Shown here: one piece after another, positions 23,934 through 35,600 of the stretch
Numbering within the stretch: position 1 is the first letter of the stretch
How the letters are laid out: every line of letters begins with the position of its first letter
Virus record (IMG/VR): IMGVR_UViG_3300032038_000031
Location: 1-42,369 of that record
Direction: 5' to 3' (one strand)
Length of the DNA stretch: 42,369 bases
Source: a virus
Taxonomy: Duplodnaviria > Heunggongvirae > Uroviricota > Caudoviricetes
The notes under the pieces: generated by a model
What the model was told of the DNA's origin: nothing
Database searches by the model: none
Seen by the model: only the letters and a program-made list of their open reading frames with translations
Position numbers and translations under genes: made by a program

Positions 23934-26783
23934 ATGGCTATTGTAACAAGTAATAGTAGTCTATATCCACCAGTAGTAAATAATGCTGTAACGGTAATGG
24001 AAGAAAAAAATAATGATAGGACAATTCGAATTCCTTTTCAATTTTCATTATATAATACACGAGAAGATGTAGGGGGTTGGATACATGTAATAATAAAGCA
24101 AAATAATACTTCTATTTATAATGGAATATTTTGTTGCAAAATATTTAATAAAGACAATATGTATTATATAGAGATACCTTTAAAAAGTTCTGAATATCAA
24201 TTAAAATATCAACAATTATATAGTTTCCAATTTCGTTTTGTCCTTAAAGGTACTTATATTTTTAAAGAACAATATCCTTATTATTGGGTAATTGATCCTA
24301 ATATGTATGATAGTTATATTACCCCTCATTTAGATAAATTTTCAGAATGGTCAAAAAAAGAAATTGTTAAAATTATTCCTCCTCTAAAATCTGTTTCTAT
24401 TACTAATATAAATGGTAAAAATCAAGACTATAATCTTACTGTTAAAGAATTTCAATCTAAAATTCACTCATTTTCTTTTATTACTAATCAATTCTTAAAT
24501 TTTCAGGGGAAAATTTTATTTGATGATAGTTCAATAGATAATCAAATAATTAGTGCAATTAAAAAGTATCGTGTAAAAATAACAACTGGATATGGTAATA
24601 CAAAAAAAGAAGTTGATAATAGTGATTGGATTTATCCAATAGAAAAAACTCAAAATTTCTCTTTTCAGGGAACTGTAATTTTACAAAAATATACACAATA
24701 TAATTTAGAAATAGAATTTGAAACTGTCGATAATTTTATTTTTTCTACTTTTGATTATTTCACTATTACTCAGATTGAGGCAGATGATGATGTTTTACCA
24801 ATAGAGGATATTGTTGTAAAACCTATTTATGAACAAAATAATTTATTAATTAATTTTTTATGTAATAATAATTTTAGTAGTATTATCGCTATAAAAAGAA
24901 CAGATAGTGATTCTAATTTTACAAAATGGATTGATGTATTTTATGGACAAATATCTGACAATTTTTCTATATCTCCGCAATTAACTTTATTAACAAGTAA
25001 AGAATTACAAGAATATCATAATCCTAATATTAATTTTGGTTTTAGTTGGATAGATAGAACTATTGAAAGCGGAAAAGAGTATAAATACTGTATTCAACGA
25101 AGAAGTAGTGAAATTAGAGCGGGATTAATTAATAAATATAGCAATGTTCAATCTATTGTATTTGATAATATTAGTCTATTAGGTGAACGAGGACAAGAGT
25201 TACAAATAGTTTTTGATCCTAGTATAGATAATTATTCTCAGCATTATGCTGATAGTATAACAGAAACTTTTGGTCAATATCCTTTTGTAGGAAGAAAAGG
25301 GAGAATTAATTATAAACAATTTTCACTTAGTGGAACTATTTCTCATGATGGAGATTTTGAAGAACAATTTTATCAATACAATAATAATGATAATTTATCT
25401 AGCACAGATAATGACATTGTTAGAGAGAAAAATTTTAGAGATAAAGTAATTAATTTTTTGTATGATAATAATATTAAATTGTTTAAATCTGCAACTGAAG
25501 GTAATATTTTAATTAAATTAACAGATATTTCTTTTTCTCCAAAAAAAGAATTAGGTCGAAGAATTTATTCTTTTTCAGCAACCGCAACAGAAATAGATAA
25601 TTTTTCTTATAGTAATTGTATAAAATATAATTTGGTTGATAATAATAAATTAAGTGATTTAGCTGTTGCCAACTTAATAAAGAAAGATTTCTGTAAACAA
25701 AAAAAATATGATTATGTTTCTTCAGCAGATGAAACAATTAATATATTTGAAGATATTAAAAATGATTTATTATTCGAATATGAAAATGATTTTGAATATG
25801 GCTTAAATACTCCTATTAATAGTATAAAAAATATGACACTTAATTTTATTCGTTTGCATTTTGATGGAGATTGCAATGCTGATGATGGTACAAGCCGCTA
25901 TCAATTTAAGATTAAGCTTAATGGAATAGAAAAAACAGTATATGTATTAAAAGATAGGGCTTTTTTTGAATTAAAAGATGTTAATATTAATAATTTAACA
26001 TTTTTAAAAAAAGAAAATACTAAACTTACTATTGAATATACGGGAACTGTAACTTTAACTCATAAATATTATTATTTAACTAATACACAATATAACAATA
26101 TTTGTGGACAATTAATTAATAATTATAATAAAGAAAATAATAATATTAAAGATATGATAAAAGATATTGAACAAAAATATAGTTATACTATTAATACTAA
26201 TTCTAATATTTATACTCAAGATTTGCAATCAATTCAAGGAATAAGAGTTGAAGCGAATGAAGGAACAATTTTTAGTATTCGAGATTCTTTTAGTTCAAAA
26301 CTACATTATTTTTATATAAATGATACTCAATCTTTAGAGCTGTCTAGTGATGAAGAAAATATTTGTAATATTCAAAATTTATATATTAATGGGAAAATAC
26401 TCCCTAGTAATAATGAGTATGAGTTTAAAACAAGTGGTCTAAAACTTCCTGAACAGGCAGAGGAAGAAGATACTTTTATTTTAGGTAATATAAGTGAAAA
26501 TAATCCAAATAATTTACCTGTGGTAAAAGGGACTCTTTTAAAGAAAAATGAAAATCCTGAAATAAATAATCAACAATTAAGTATATCTTCTAAACAATTA
26601 TATGATATTAATACTATTACAGCTCAACAAACTGGTACTAAATATATCTTTATAAATAATCAATGGCATAAATATGGAAAAGATATAGATAATAATATAC
26701 AATATTATGAAGATGATATAATGGCTACTGTAACTTATTGGGGAGAAACAAGAAAAGGAGAAGTGATAGCAGATGAAATATGA
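23934..26783 (+). CDS. baseplate / distal-tail-like protein, 949 aa
   Basis: Beta-rich; contains YPF..R.G.INYKQFSLSGTIS...KLFKSATEGN...YSFSATATE, resembling Dit-type proteins. Confidence 0.5.
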   Translation: MAIVTSNSSLYPPVVNNAVTVMEEKNNDRTIRIPFQFSLYNTREDVGGWIHVIIKQNNTSIYNGIFCCKIFNKDNMYYIEIPLKSSEYQLKYQQLYSFQFRFVLKGTYIFKEQYPYYWVIDPNMYDSYITPHLDKFSEWSKKEIVKIIPPLKSVSITNINGKNQDYNLTVKEFQSKIHSFSFITNQFLNFQGKILFDDSSIDNQIISAIKKYRVKITTGYGNTKKEVDNSDWIYPIEKTQNFSFQGTVILQKYTQYNLEIEFETVDNFIFSTFDYFTITQIEADDDVLPIEDIVVKPIYEQNNLLINFLCNNNFSSIIAIKRTDSDSNFTKWIDVFYGQISDNFSISPQLTLLTSKELQEYHNPNINFGFSWIDRTIESGKEYKYCIQRRSSEIRAGLINKYSNVQSIVFDNISLLGERGQELQIVFDPSIDNYSQHYADSITETFGQYPFVGRKGRINYKQFSLSGTISHDGDFEEQFYQYNNNDNLSSTDNDIVREKNFRDKVINFLYDNNIKLFKSATEGNILIKLTDISFSPKKELGRRIYSFSATATEIDNFSYSNCIKYNLVDNNKLSDLAVANLIKKDFCKQKKYDYVSSADETINIFEDIKNDLLFEYENDFEYGLNTPINSIKNMTLNFIRLHFDGDCNADDGTSRYQFKIKLNGIEKTVYVLKDRAFFELKDVNINNLTFLKKENTKLTIEYTGTVTLTHKYYYLTNTQYNNICGQLINNYNKENNNIKDMIKDIEQKYSYTINTNSNIYTQDLQSIQGIRVEANEGTIFSIRDSFSSKLHYFYINDTQSLELSSDEENICNIQNLYINGKILPSNNEYEFKTSGLKLPEQAEEEDTFILGNISENNPNNLPVVKGTLLKKNENPEINNQQLSISSKQLYDINTITAQQTGTKYIFINNQWHKYGKDIDNNIQYYEDDIMATVTYWGETRKGEVIADEI

Positions 26784-29700
26784 ATACTTAAATGATCACG
26801 TTTTTTTAAAAAAAATTGATGAATTAAAAGTAAAAGAATACTTCTCTAAAATTATTTTAATAGATCAGAATGAAAATGAAATAGGAGAACAAACTGATTC
26901 TATTATAAGTGGAAATATAAATATAGATGGAAATTCAACTATTCGCCGCACCTGTAATTTAAGTGTAGCTATAAATGAACAACTTGGAGACATAGAAGAT
27001 GCTAAAAGTATTTTTTCTATTGGAACAAAATTAAAGATTGAAGTAGGAATTAAAAATACTACTTCTTTCTATCCTAATTTTGATATTGTTTGGTTTCCAG
27101 TTGGTGTATATGTAATTTGTGATGCTTCAGCAAATTATAGCAATTCTGGATGTACAATAGATTTACAATTAAAAGATAAAATGTGTTTATTAAATGGAGA
27201 GTGCGGAGGAACTTTACCTGCTTCAGTTACTTTTGATAAAGAAGAATCTTATGATAGTTCAACAGATACAATAGTAACTAAACGCCCTACTATTTATCAG
27301 TTAATTAATGAAATTGTAAACCACTGGGGTGGAGAACAATTAGGAAATATTATAGTTAATGATATAGATGAAAAAATTAAAAGAGTAGTTAGTATAATTA
27401 AACAAGATACTTTATATAAATGTAAAAAAGATAAAGAAAAATATTCAACTTATTATAATAGTGAGCAAATGATATCATATTTTGCAGAATTAAATCTAAT
27501 AGATACAAGTATTGAAAATGCTGACACTACAATAACTAGAAAAATTCTAGGGCAAGATGCTTTTTGTCAAGCTATAGTAACTAATATGAAAAATTATTAT
27601 AGCGGAGAAGGATTAAAAAAATCTTTAACAACAGAATTAGAAAAATATTTAAAAGATATAAATGACTTTTTTAATGAGGAAGTTGCTAAAAACCCCGCTT
27701 TTTTGCGAGTTGATAATATAAGTACAGAATTAGATTTTGATCATTTATTGGCATATTATTGTTTATGTGAACGAACAACAGAAAATAAATTTAAAATTGA
27801 TAGCAATAAAATTTCAAATAAAAATTTTATAAAAGCATTAAATCAACTGTTGGATACAATTTTTAATAAGTATGCTTTATCTCTAGTTTCATTTCCAGGA
27901 GTTTTTTCTAGCACTGTACTTGTTGAGGATGCATTTAAAAAATTATTGCAAAATGATTTAATACCAAATGTAATTCAAGATGATAATAGTAGAAGTTTTT
28001 TAGCAAATTATGCTTGGGACAACAACAGAGGTGGTTTACAAACTACTTTAGGAAAATATTTAGATGCTGAGGTTACAGGAACTCCTCTTCAAGTAAATGA
28101 AGCAACACTCGAAAAAAAGGTAGATACTCTAAAAAGCAAGTTATTTACACGAGTATATGATGTATATAAGGGTTTAAAAAGTCATGTTACTGCTGGAGAT
28201 GATGTTACAAATTTTTTTAAGCCAGAAAACCATAAATTATTAGATGATGCAGAGATTGCTGATATTATAAACAATGTTTTAGATACAAAAACTAAAAAGA
28301 TAAAAAAAATTACGCAAAAAAATATTGTTAATTTTGTTTGTAGTTTTGATGATTTACAGTTAACCACAGAACAGTTAAATAAATGGAATAGAGCGGCTAT
28401 TAAAAATTATCAAGAGCAGACTAAAAATTCTATTATATTAGATACAAAAGATTTTGAAATAGAACAAGATGTAGGGTATGAATATGTTGATTTTGTTTAT
28501 AATCAAGATTTAATAATAGATGCTGGTGGAACAGTTTGCGATGTTTTAGATAAAATAAAAAACTATTTAGGTAATTATGAATATTTTTACGATGAAGAAG
28601 GTCATTTTGTTTTTCAAGAAATTAAAAACTATATCAATACTTCTTTATCATCAATAGCAGAAGAAACAGGCAATTATAATGAATTATTAAGTAATCCGCA
28701 AGGATATAAATATGAATTTAATAATAGCAATATAGTAGCCTCATATACAAAAGCTCCACAATATAACTTAATAAAGAATGATTTTTTAATCTGGGGAATA
28801 AAAGGTGGGTCTTCTTCAGACTCAAAAATTCCAATTAGGTATCATTTAGCTATTGATGAAAAGCCTACTTTTGATATGTCTTTTTTAAAAAATAAAGCTA
28901 TTTTCGTAGACACTGAAGATTTTGGGTTTAATCCTAATCGTGAATTAAACATTAGAGTACCAAAAAGAAATAGTCAAGGAAAATATTATAATACAGTAAA
29001 AGATCAAACTCAAATGTATAATAATAATTTAGATAAGGATATGATTTATAAAATAGAAACTTTTAAGGGTTGGTTTAGATTAACTAATCGACAAAAGAGT
29101 ATTCATGGAAATTACTTTAGTTATATACCAGAGAAAGATGTAAAATTTACAGAAACTTATCCTTTATATTTTATCTGGGACAAAGATATAAAAAAATGGT
29201 TACATTATTCTAGTGGCAGATTCTATTATTTTACAACAGATAAAAATCCAGAATTAGATAGAAATTATTGTATTCTTAGTAACAATGGGGCGGATTTAGA
29301 TTGGCGAACTCAAATTTATTTATTTGGACTATTTGATGAAACTTCAAGTGGTTTTGATAATTATTATTATACAGAATTAGTTAATGAGTGGAGTAAAATA
29401 TATGAATTTAAAAAAACTTCTGATAACGATGACTTTAATACTATGATTATATCTATTAAAGAAGAAGCAAAAAAAACTCCTACTACACTATCTTATTTTA
29501 TTGATTTAATAAGTTCAACTTCAGAATTAAATCAATTTAGTGTTCAAAATATTGGTCGCCGCACAAAAGTAATTAATGAAGATGATATAAATTGTATCTT
29601 TGAACCTGATATTAAAGATATTTATTATATTCGTAGTGATGATCCTGATATAGAAAAAATTATTGAAAAATGTGGAGATGCTCATTATTTCATTATTAGC

Positions 29701-29973
29701 GGAGATATTTTTGATACTTATTTTTCTACTGGAGGAACTTTTAACTCTGCTTATAATCAAGCTAGAAGTTTATTATTGCAATCAACTAAGTATAATACTT
29801 CTATAACTATGACCACTTTACCAATTTATTATTTAGATGTTAACTCTAAGATTTTTGTATCTGAAGAACAAGCACATATTAATGATCAATATATGATCTC
29901 TAATATTAGTTATTCTCTTGATGGGAATGCTACTATGACTATTTCTGCTACTCAACTAATAGATAGCTTATAA
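26773..29973 (+). CDS. baseplate hub / Tal-like tail protein, 1066 aa
   Basis: N-terminal IRRTCNL...WFPVGVY...DKMCLLNGECGG and C-terminal LDVNSKI...YMISNISYSL...MTISA, a hub-like architecture. Confidence 0.6.
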   Translation: MKYEYLNDHVFLKKIDELKVKEYFSKIILIDQNENEIGEQTDSIISGNINIDGNSTIRRTCNLSVAINEQLGDIEDAKSIFSIGTKLKIEVGIKNTTSFYPNFDIVWFPVGVYVICDASANYSNSGCTIDLQLKDKMCLLNGECGGTLPASVTFDKEESYDSSTDTIVTKRPTIYQLINEIVNHWGGEQLGNIIVNDIDEKIKRVVSIIKQDTLYKCKKDKEKYSTYYNSEQMISYFAELNLIDTSIENADTTITRKILGQDAFCQAIVTNMKNYYSGEGLKKSLTTELEKYLKDINDFFNEEVAKNPAFLRVDNISTELDFDHLLAYYCLCERTTENKFKIDSNKISNKNFIKALNQLLDTIFNKYALSLVSFPGVFSSTVLVEDAFKKLLQNDLIPNVIQDDNSRSFLANYAWDNNRGGLQTTLGKYLDAEVTGTPLQVNEATLEKKVDTLKSKLFTRVYDVYKGLKSHVTAGDDVTNFFKPENHKLLDDAEIADIINNVLDTKTKKIKKITQKNIVNFVCSFDDLQLTTEQLNKWNRAAIKNYQEQTKNSIILDTKDFEIEQDVGYEYVDFVYNQDLIIDAGGTVCDVLDKIKNYLGNYEYFYDEEGHFVFQEIKNYINTSLSSIAEETGNYNELLSNPQGYKYEFNNSNIVASYTKAPQYNLIKNDFLIWGIKGGSSSDSKIPIRYHLAIDEKPTFDMSFLKNKAIFVDTEDFGFNPNRELNIRVPKRNSQGKYYNTVKDQTQMYNNNLDKDMIYKIETFKGWFRLTNRQKSIHGNYFSYIPEKDVKFTETYPLYFIWDKDIKKWLHYSSGRFYYFTTDKNPELDRNYCILSNNGADLDWRTQIYLFGLFDETSSGFDNYYYTELVNEWSKIYEFKKTSDNDDFNTMIISIKEEAKKTPTTLSYFIDLISSTSELNQFSVQNIGRRTKVINEDDINCIFEPDIKDIYYIRSDDPDIEKIIEKCGDAHYFIISGDIFDTYFSTGGTFNSAYNQARSLLLQSTKYNTSITMTTLPIYYLDVNSKIFVSEEQAHINDQYMISNISYSLDGNATMTISATQLIDSL

Positions 29974-29990
29974 GTAGAGGAGGTATAATA

Positions 29991-30593
29991 ATGAATAATT
30001 TTAAACAGATATCTTTTAATCAAAATCATTTAAGTGATAATTTAAATTTAAAAATATCTAATTTTCCTAATTCTAATTTTGTTATGAAAGAAGATCAATC
30101 TAATTTTTCTAATTTAGTTACATATTATATATTAATTAAACCAAATAAAACAGTACAATATACTTATACTCAAGATTTTAATATTTATTTAGTTGATTAT
30201 AACAACAATGACATTAAAAATAGACAACTTATTGGAAAAGTTACAGCTTATCAATTAAATAATAATAATTTTGTTTCTTTTATCTTTTCTCCAATAACAA
30301 ATCAAATAAATTTAAATGCTATTCAATTTGAAAAAAATGAAAATAGTATTATTAATAATGTTTCTATTTCTACTATTAATACTAAAGTAGTTCCAAGCAA
30401 TGAAAGATGGGAGCACATTGGCGTACAAGGAATGCCTAATAACTTAATTATGGTTAATAATGAATTATTTTCTTTAGGAAAAAGTGGAGTATTAGAAATA
30501 GGAGACGAAATAAAAAATAATATTACAAAGTTTGCAATTATTGATCATGGAAATAATAATATATTAGTAGATATATTATATAAGGAGGTTTAG
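29991..30593 (+). CDS. hypothetical tail-tip-associated protein, 200 aa
   Basis: GAGGAGG RBS; beta-rich. Confidence 0.55.
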   Translation: MNNFKQISFNQNHLSDNLNLKISNFPNSNFVMKEDQSNFSNLVTYYILIKPNKTVQYTYTQDFNIYLVDYNNNDIKNRQLIGKVTAYQLNNNNFVSFIFSPITNQINLNAIQFEKNENSIINNVSISTINTKVVPSNERWEHIGVQGMPNNLIMVNNELFSLGKSGVLEIGDEIKNNITKFAIIDHGNNNILVDILYKEV

Positions 30594-30595
30594 AT

Positions 30596-31138
30596 ATGAA
30601 TTCTTTTTATGGCGGAAAGGTTGGTCCACAAGGAGATTGTGTAAAAAATATTTTAGAAGTTCAAACAAGTGATTGTGGTGCAAGAAATGATTCTAATACT
30701 AAAAAATATATTATTGAAAATTATAATGATATACCAGAAGGAGCAGTAAAAATTCTTATTTATAGTTTAGAGTTACCTACTGGAGAGATTTTTTACTATT
30801 ATTTAAGTCAGTCTATTAATAATATATCTACAATATCAGCAGATAACAATAACGGAAAGCTTAATTTTACTTTTGAAAATGGAAACATTTTAAAAATTGA
30901 TTATCCTTTTATTTCTTATATTGGTTTAGGAACAGGTAATCAAAGTGATAAAATTATAGTAAAAATAAAACAAGGAGCTAATGAAACTAGTTATGAAATA
31001 GGAAGACCAACTTTAGAAATACCAGAAGGAACTCCTGTTATTAATTATTTTGTTCGTATTGATTCAAAAACAAATGTAGAAGATGCTGAACAATATAAAG
31101 ATAGTGATGGAGAAATAATTTTGATAATGGAGGGTTAA
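30596..31138 (+). CDS. hypothetical protein, 180 aa
   Basis: AAGGAGG RBS. Confidence 0.6.
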   Translation: MNSFYGGKVGPQGDCVKNILEVQTSDCGARNDSNTKKYIIENYNDIPEGAVKILIYSLELPTGEIFYYYLSQSINNISTISADNNNGKLNFTFENGNILKIDYPFISYIGLGTGNQSDKIIVKIKQGANETSYEIGRPTLEIPEGTPVINYFVRIDSKTNVEDAEQYKDSDGEIILIMEG

Positions 31139-31140
31139 TC

Positions 31141-31371
31141 ATGAAACAACTTTCTTATCATCAAAAAATATTAACTCCACAAGAAACTTTTTCTATAAAA
31201 AGTCCTCATTTAAATGTTTCATATATAAAAAAGATAGAAGAATCATTTTCTATTATTATAGATAATGTTGAATATAAGAATTTTCCACAAAATACAATCG
31301 AATTATTTAATATTGATTCAGAAATAACCATTAAATCTTATAATAATTATATTGTTATTACTTATATATAA
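31141..31371 (+). CDS. hypothetical protein, 76 aa
   Basis: GGAGG RBS; coupled to the upstream gene. Confidence 0.55.
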   Translation: MKQLSYHQKILTPQETFSIKSPHLNVSYIKKIEESFSIIIDNVEYKNFPQNTIELFNIDSEITIKSYNNYIVITYI

Positions 31372-31383
31372 AGGAGGAGTTTT

Positions 31384-31959
31384 ATGGCAAATAATCCAAC
31401 TATATCTCAAGTTGCAAAAATAAAAATTGACAGTGACAAGAACAAATCAATTAATTATTATGATTTAGCTTGTGAAGCTAGTAATATTAAACATTTTATG
31501 GGAAAAGCAACAACGGCAGTTGGTGATGGATCAGGAGCAGGAGTAGTTACACATGCTCCATATAATGATGAAGATGGAGCATATGAATACAAAATTGATC
31601 CTGCAAGTGTATCTTCTTCAAAGAGAGTAGGATTTAGTTTTGACAAATTATACAAAACAAAAGAAGCAGAAAAAAAATATGCTTTATTTTTCTTTAACTT
31701 ACAATGTTCTACTGCAGATACTACTTTACCATTATATTTTTTTATGCTAAAAAATGATAGTTTAGAACATCCTTTAGTTTTGGAAGTACCAACGATGTCA
31801 ATAGGAAATGCTAATCCTATTCAATTAACTATTTCATATGTGCTTACTAAGAGCAGTTTAACATTAGAGCTTATACGAGTAGATGATGACAATGTCAGTC
31901 CTACAGATTTAGGTAGTTATACCCTTTCTAATATGCGTTTAACATATAATATTTTTTAG
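31384..31959 (+). CDS. hypothetical beta-rich protein, 191 aa, possibly a receptor-binding or accessory tip protein
   Basis: AAGGAGG RBS. Confidence 0.55.
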   Translation: MANNPTISQVAKIKIDSDKNKSINYYDLACEASNIKHFMGKATTAVGDGSGAGVVTHAPYNDEDGAYEYKIDPASVSSSKRVGFSFDKLYKTKEAEKKYALFFFNLQCSTADTTLPLYFFMLKNDSLEHPLVLEVPTMSIGNANPIQLTISYVLTKSSLTLELIRVDDDNVSPTDLGSYTLSNMRLTYNIF

Positions 31960-31960
31960 C

Positions 31961-31989
31961 TTGACATTTCTAAAAATTTTTGATACAAT
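31961..31989 (+). promoter_or_regulatory. near-consensus sigmaA promoter with extended -10
   Basis: TTGACA-17bp-TACAAT preceded by TGA. Confidence 0.75.
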
Positions 31990-32021
31990 AAAATATAAGG
32001 TGAAAAAAGGAGTAATAAAAA

Positions 32022-32609
32022 ATGAAGAATAAAGTAAGTTTTGCTAATTTAAAATTAAAAGTTCAAGATATTTCCCATGAAGTTCAATTTTCAAATGATA
32101 ATGGACAAACTATTGCTTTTTCTGTTATTGATTATCTGCCTATTCAAGATAAATTAGATTTAGTAAATATTGCTATTGCAAAATCTAGAGATGGCTATAA
32201 TAATATTAATAGATATTTAGCTAAAGAGTTAATGAATTTATATATAGTTATTATGTATACAAATATTTCATTTACAGAAAAGCAGAAAGAGAATGAATAT
32301 AAACTATATGATATATTAAAATCTAATCAAGTTATAGAAACTGTTATTAAAGCAATGCCTCAGCAAGAGTATTTAGAGCTACAAACATTATTAGAAATGT
32401 TAATTGAAGATGAAAAAAATATGAATAAAAGTATTGCGGGAGCAATTAATAATTTATTAGAAAATCTTCCTAAAAGTGCGGAGGCGGCTCAAGACATTAT
32501 TAATAGTTTTGATCAAGAAAAGTATGGACAAGTATTAGATTTAGCTAAATCAGTAGGATATAATCCATTATTAGAGCAGATAAATAAAAACAATGATGGG
32601 CAAAAATAA
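32022..32609 (+). CDS. putative tail assembly chaperone, 195 aa
   Basis: Helical protein directly upstream of the tape measure gene. Confidence 0.5.
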   Translation: MKNKVSFANLKLKVQDISHEVQFSNDNGQTIAFSVIDYLPIQDKLDLVNIAIAKSRDGYNNINRYLAKELMNLYIVIMYTNISFTEKQKENEYKLYDILKSNQVIETVIKAMPQQEYLELQTLLEMLIEDEKNMNKSIAGAINNLLENLPKSAEAAQDIINSFDQEKYGQVLDLAKSVGYNPLLEQINKNNDGQK

Positions 32610-32619
32610 TTAATTTTTA

Positions 32620-32656
32620 AACCTTTACTATTATATAATAATAGTAGAGGTTTTTT
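32620..32656 (+). terminator. intrinsic terminator-like hairpin overlapping a candidate late-promoter motif
   Basis: AACCTTTACTATTAT/ATAATAGTAGAGGTT followed by a T-run. Confidence 0.65.
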
Positions 32657-32696
32657 ATTTTTATATTGAAATAAATAAATAAAAGGAGGAAGACAT

Positions 32697-35600
32697 ATGG
32701 CGTCAATGAATGGCGGTACAATTAATTATGGAATTAACTTTACCGCAGATCAAAGTGGTCTTAATAAAGTAAAGCAATCTTTACAAGAGTTGCGTAATCT
32801 TTCTGCTGAGGACTTATTTAAACTTGGTAATACTAAAGATTTAAGTAAAGCCTATTCTGATTTAAAAAATATAAAAGATGAAGCAGAACAGATTGAAACC
32901 GCTTTAAAAAAGTCTTTCAATCAAAAACTTGGAGTTTATAATATTAATGAGTTTAAAAAGAATTTAAAAGGATTAGATATTAGTTCTATTGGTAAAGACT
33001 TTGAAAAAGCTGGAGCAGTAGGGAAAAAAGCTTTTAGAGATATTGCAAGTGAGTTATCAAAAACTAATCTTCAAGCTAAAAAGACTAGTGAAACTTTAGA
33101 TAAAATGAAACTAACTTTAATGAATACAATTCGTTGGAGTATTTCTTCTAGTGCGTTAAATGCTTTTACTGGTTCAATTCAAGAAGCTTATGGATATGTA
33201 AAAAATTTAGATAAATCTTTAAATAATATTCAAATTGTTACTAAAAAAAATGCAGATACTATGGCGGATTTTGCAAAACAAGCGAATAAATCTGCTCAAG
33301 CTTTAGGTAAAAGCACTACTGATTATACTAATGCATCTTTGATTTATTATCAGCAAGGTTTAAGTGATAAAGAAGTACGAGCAAGAACAGATACAACTTT
33401 AAAAGCCGCTAATGTTACAGGACAAGACACATCTGAAGTAGCAGATGAATTGACAGCTGTATGGAATGGTTATAAAGTATCTGCAGAAGAAACAGAATTA
33501 TATGTAGATAAATTATCTAAAGTAGCGACAAGTACCGCATCAAACCTAGAAGAACTTTCTACAGGTATGTCTAAAGTAGCATCTGCCGCAAACTCTATGG
33601 GTGTTGATGTTGACCAATTAAACGCAATGTTATCAACTACTATTTCTGTTACTCGTCAAGCACCAGAATCAGTAGGTACAGCTTATAAGACTATTTTCGC
33701 TCGTATGGGTGACTTATCTCTTGATAAGACAGATGAAGATGGAGTAGACTTGGGAACTGTATCAGGACAATTAGACGATTTAGGTGTAAAAGTCCTTGAT
33801 GAAAATAATAATATGAGGGATATGGGAGATATAGTTGAAGAAGTTGGTGAAAAATGGCAAGGTTGGACACGAGCTCAACAACAGGCAGCTGCAGTAGCTC
33901 TTGCGGGTAAAAGACAATATAACAACTTATTCTCTTTATTCGATAACTGGGATTCTTATAAATCTGCAAAGAATACTTCTGAAAATGCGGAAGGAGAACT
34001 TCAAAAGCAACAAGACACCTATATGGAAAGTGTTCAAGCACATCTAGAACAAATGTCTGCCGCTTGGGAAGGCGTTTATGATTCTATTTTAGATCCTGAT
34101 TCTATTAAGACTTTTGCAGATGCAATGAAGGATGTTGCTAACTTTACTGAAAATTTTATTGATAGTATTGGTGGAGGTATTCCTTTACTACAAATGCTTG
34201 GTTCTATTGGTTTAAAGGTTTTCCGCAACCAAATTGGACAAGGTATTGTAAAAGTTATAGATAATATCAAAATTAGTAAACAAAATGCTGAGCAGATGAA
34301 GAAGACTTCTGCAGAAACTACAGCAACAATTTCAAAGATGGGTGAACAGAGTAAAGATGAAATTACTAAAACTACTATATCTTTACGAGAACAGGCTCAA
34401 TCTTATTTATCTTTAGGTATTATTTCTCAAGAAACTATGGATAAAATTAATCAACAGCTAGATGAACTTTCTGAAGCCGCTGCTGCAGAGGATTTTACAA
34501 AAGAGGCTAGAGAAGGAGTTATTGAATATCTTGATTTATTGGGAAAATTATCTGAAGAAGAAAAGAAAGTTCTTCAGGAAAGTGATTCTATTGATAAGAA
34601 CAAAACAACATTAATTGATAATGCGACTAATAACGCAATAAGTGGTAAAGAAATAACTTCAGGGTTATTAAAATCATTAAATAAAACAGATTCTTTAGTT
34701 GATAATAAAGAATATTTAAAAGGTCAAGATAAAATAGATCAAGCTAATAAAAGAACTAATAATATTAATGATTTTATGGGCTTATTAGATAAAGCAGTTC
34801 CAAAAGAAACAAAAATACCTAATCTCCCAACTATGGAGAAACTGAGAAATAATGATGAATTTCAAGCCCTTATCGAAAATATAGCTGAAGAAAAACAAGA
34901 AGAATTAAATAAAGCTTTTAATGAAGCAATTAATGAATATGTATCAACAGCAATGAACTCTACTCAAGAAAATGATCCTAAGCTTGAGGAGACAAAACAA
35001 AAAATAAAAAATATTTATGAACAAGCCTATACTCTTAGTACTGGTATTAGTACGGAAGATTTACAAAAACAGGGTGAAAAAGAATCTCAAAAACCAGCAA
35101 CTACCTTTTTAGATAAAAGAAATATATCTACTGATATTCAAAAATTACAACAAGGAGCAGTTGCAACAGAATTTGTTCAAAGAGGTTTTTTTGAAGAACA
35201 AAAAGATAAAGATAGTGGTATAATAACTAGAACACCATCTGAAGAAAAATTACAAAATGAATTAAAATCTAAAAAAGAAGAATTAGAAAGTTTAGATAAA
35301 AATGACGAAAAAAATAAAAACGACATTGAACAAATTGAAAAAGAAATTGCAAGTTTAGAAAAACTTGTTGCTTTAAAAAAAGAAGCTTTTGGAGAAGATG
35401 AAGTTAATATATCTCAAGCTTTTGGAATGAATCCTGGTGCTCTTAAGGAATTTGAAGAAACATTAAAAAAGATACAAGATATTAGAGAACAGTTGTCTGA
35501 TGCAAGTGAAGAAGATCAGAAGATTTTAGGTAAAGAGTTAGATGAAAATATTAAAAAACTTGATAAAATAATGGATAAGCAAGTAGAAGAAGGAAAAAAA

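Noticed and set aside
32580-32697. Programmed frameshift giving a chaperone-extended (lambda G-T-like) product
   Set aside because: A terminator hairpin and no extended open frame follow the chaperone stop.
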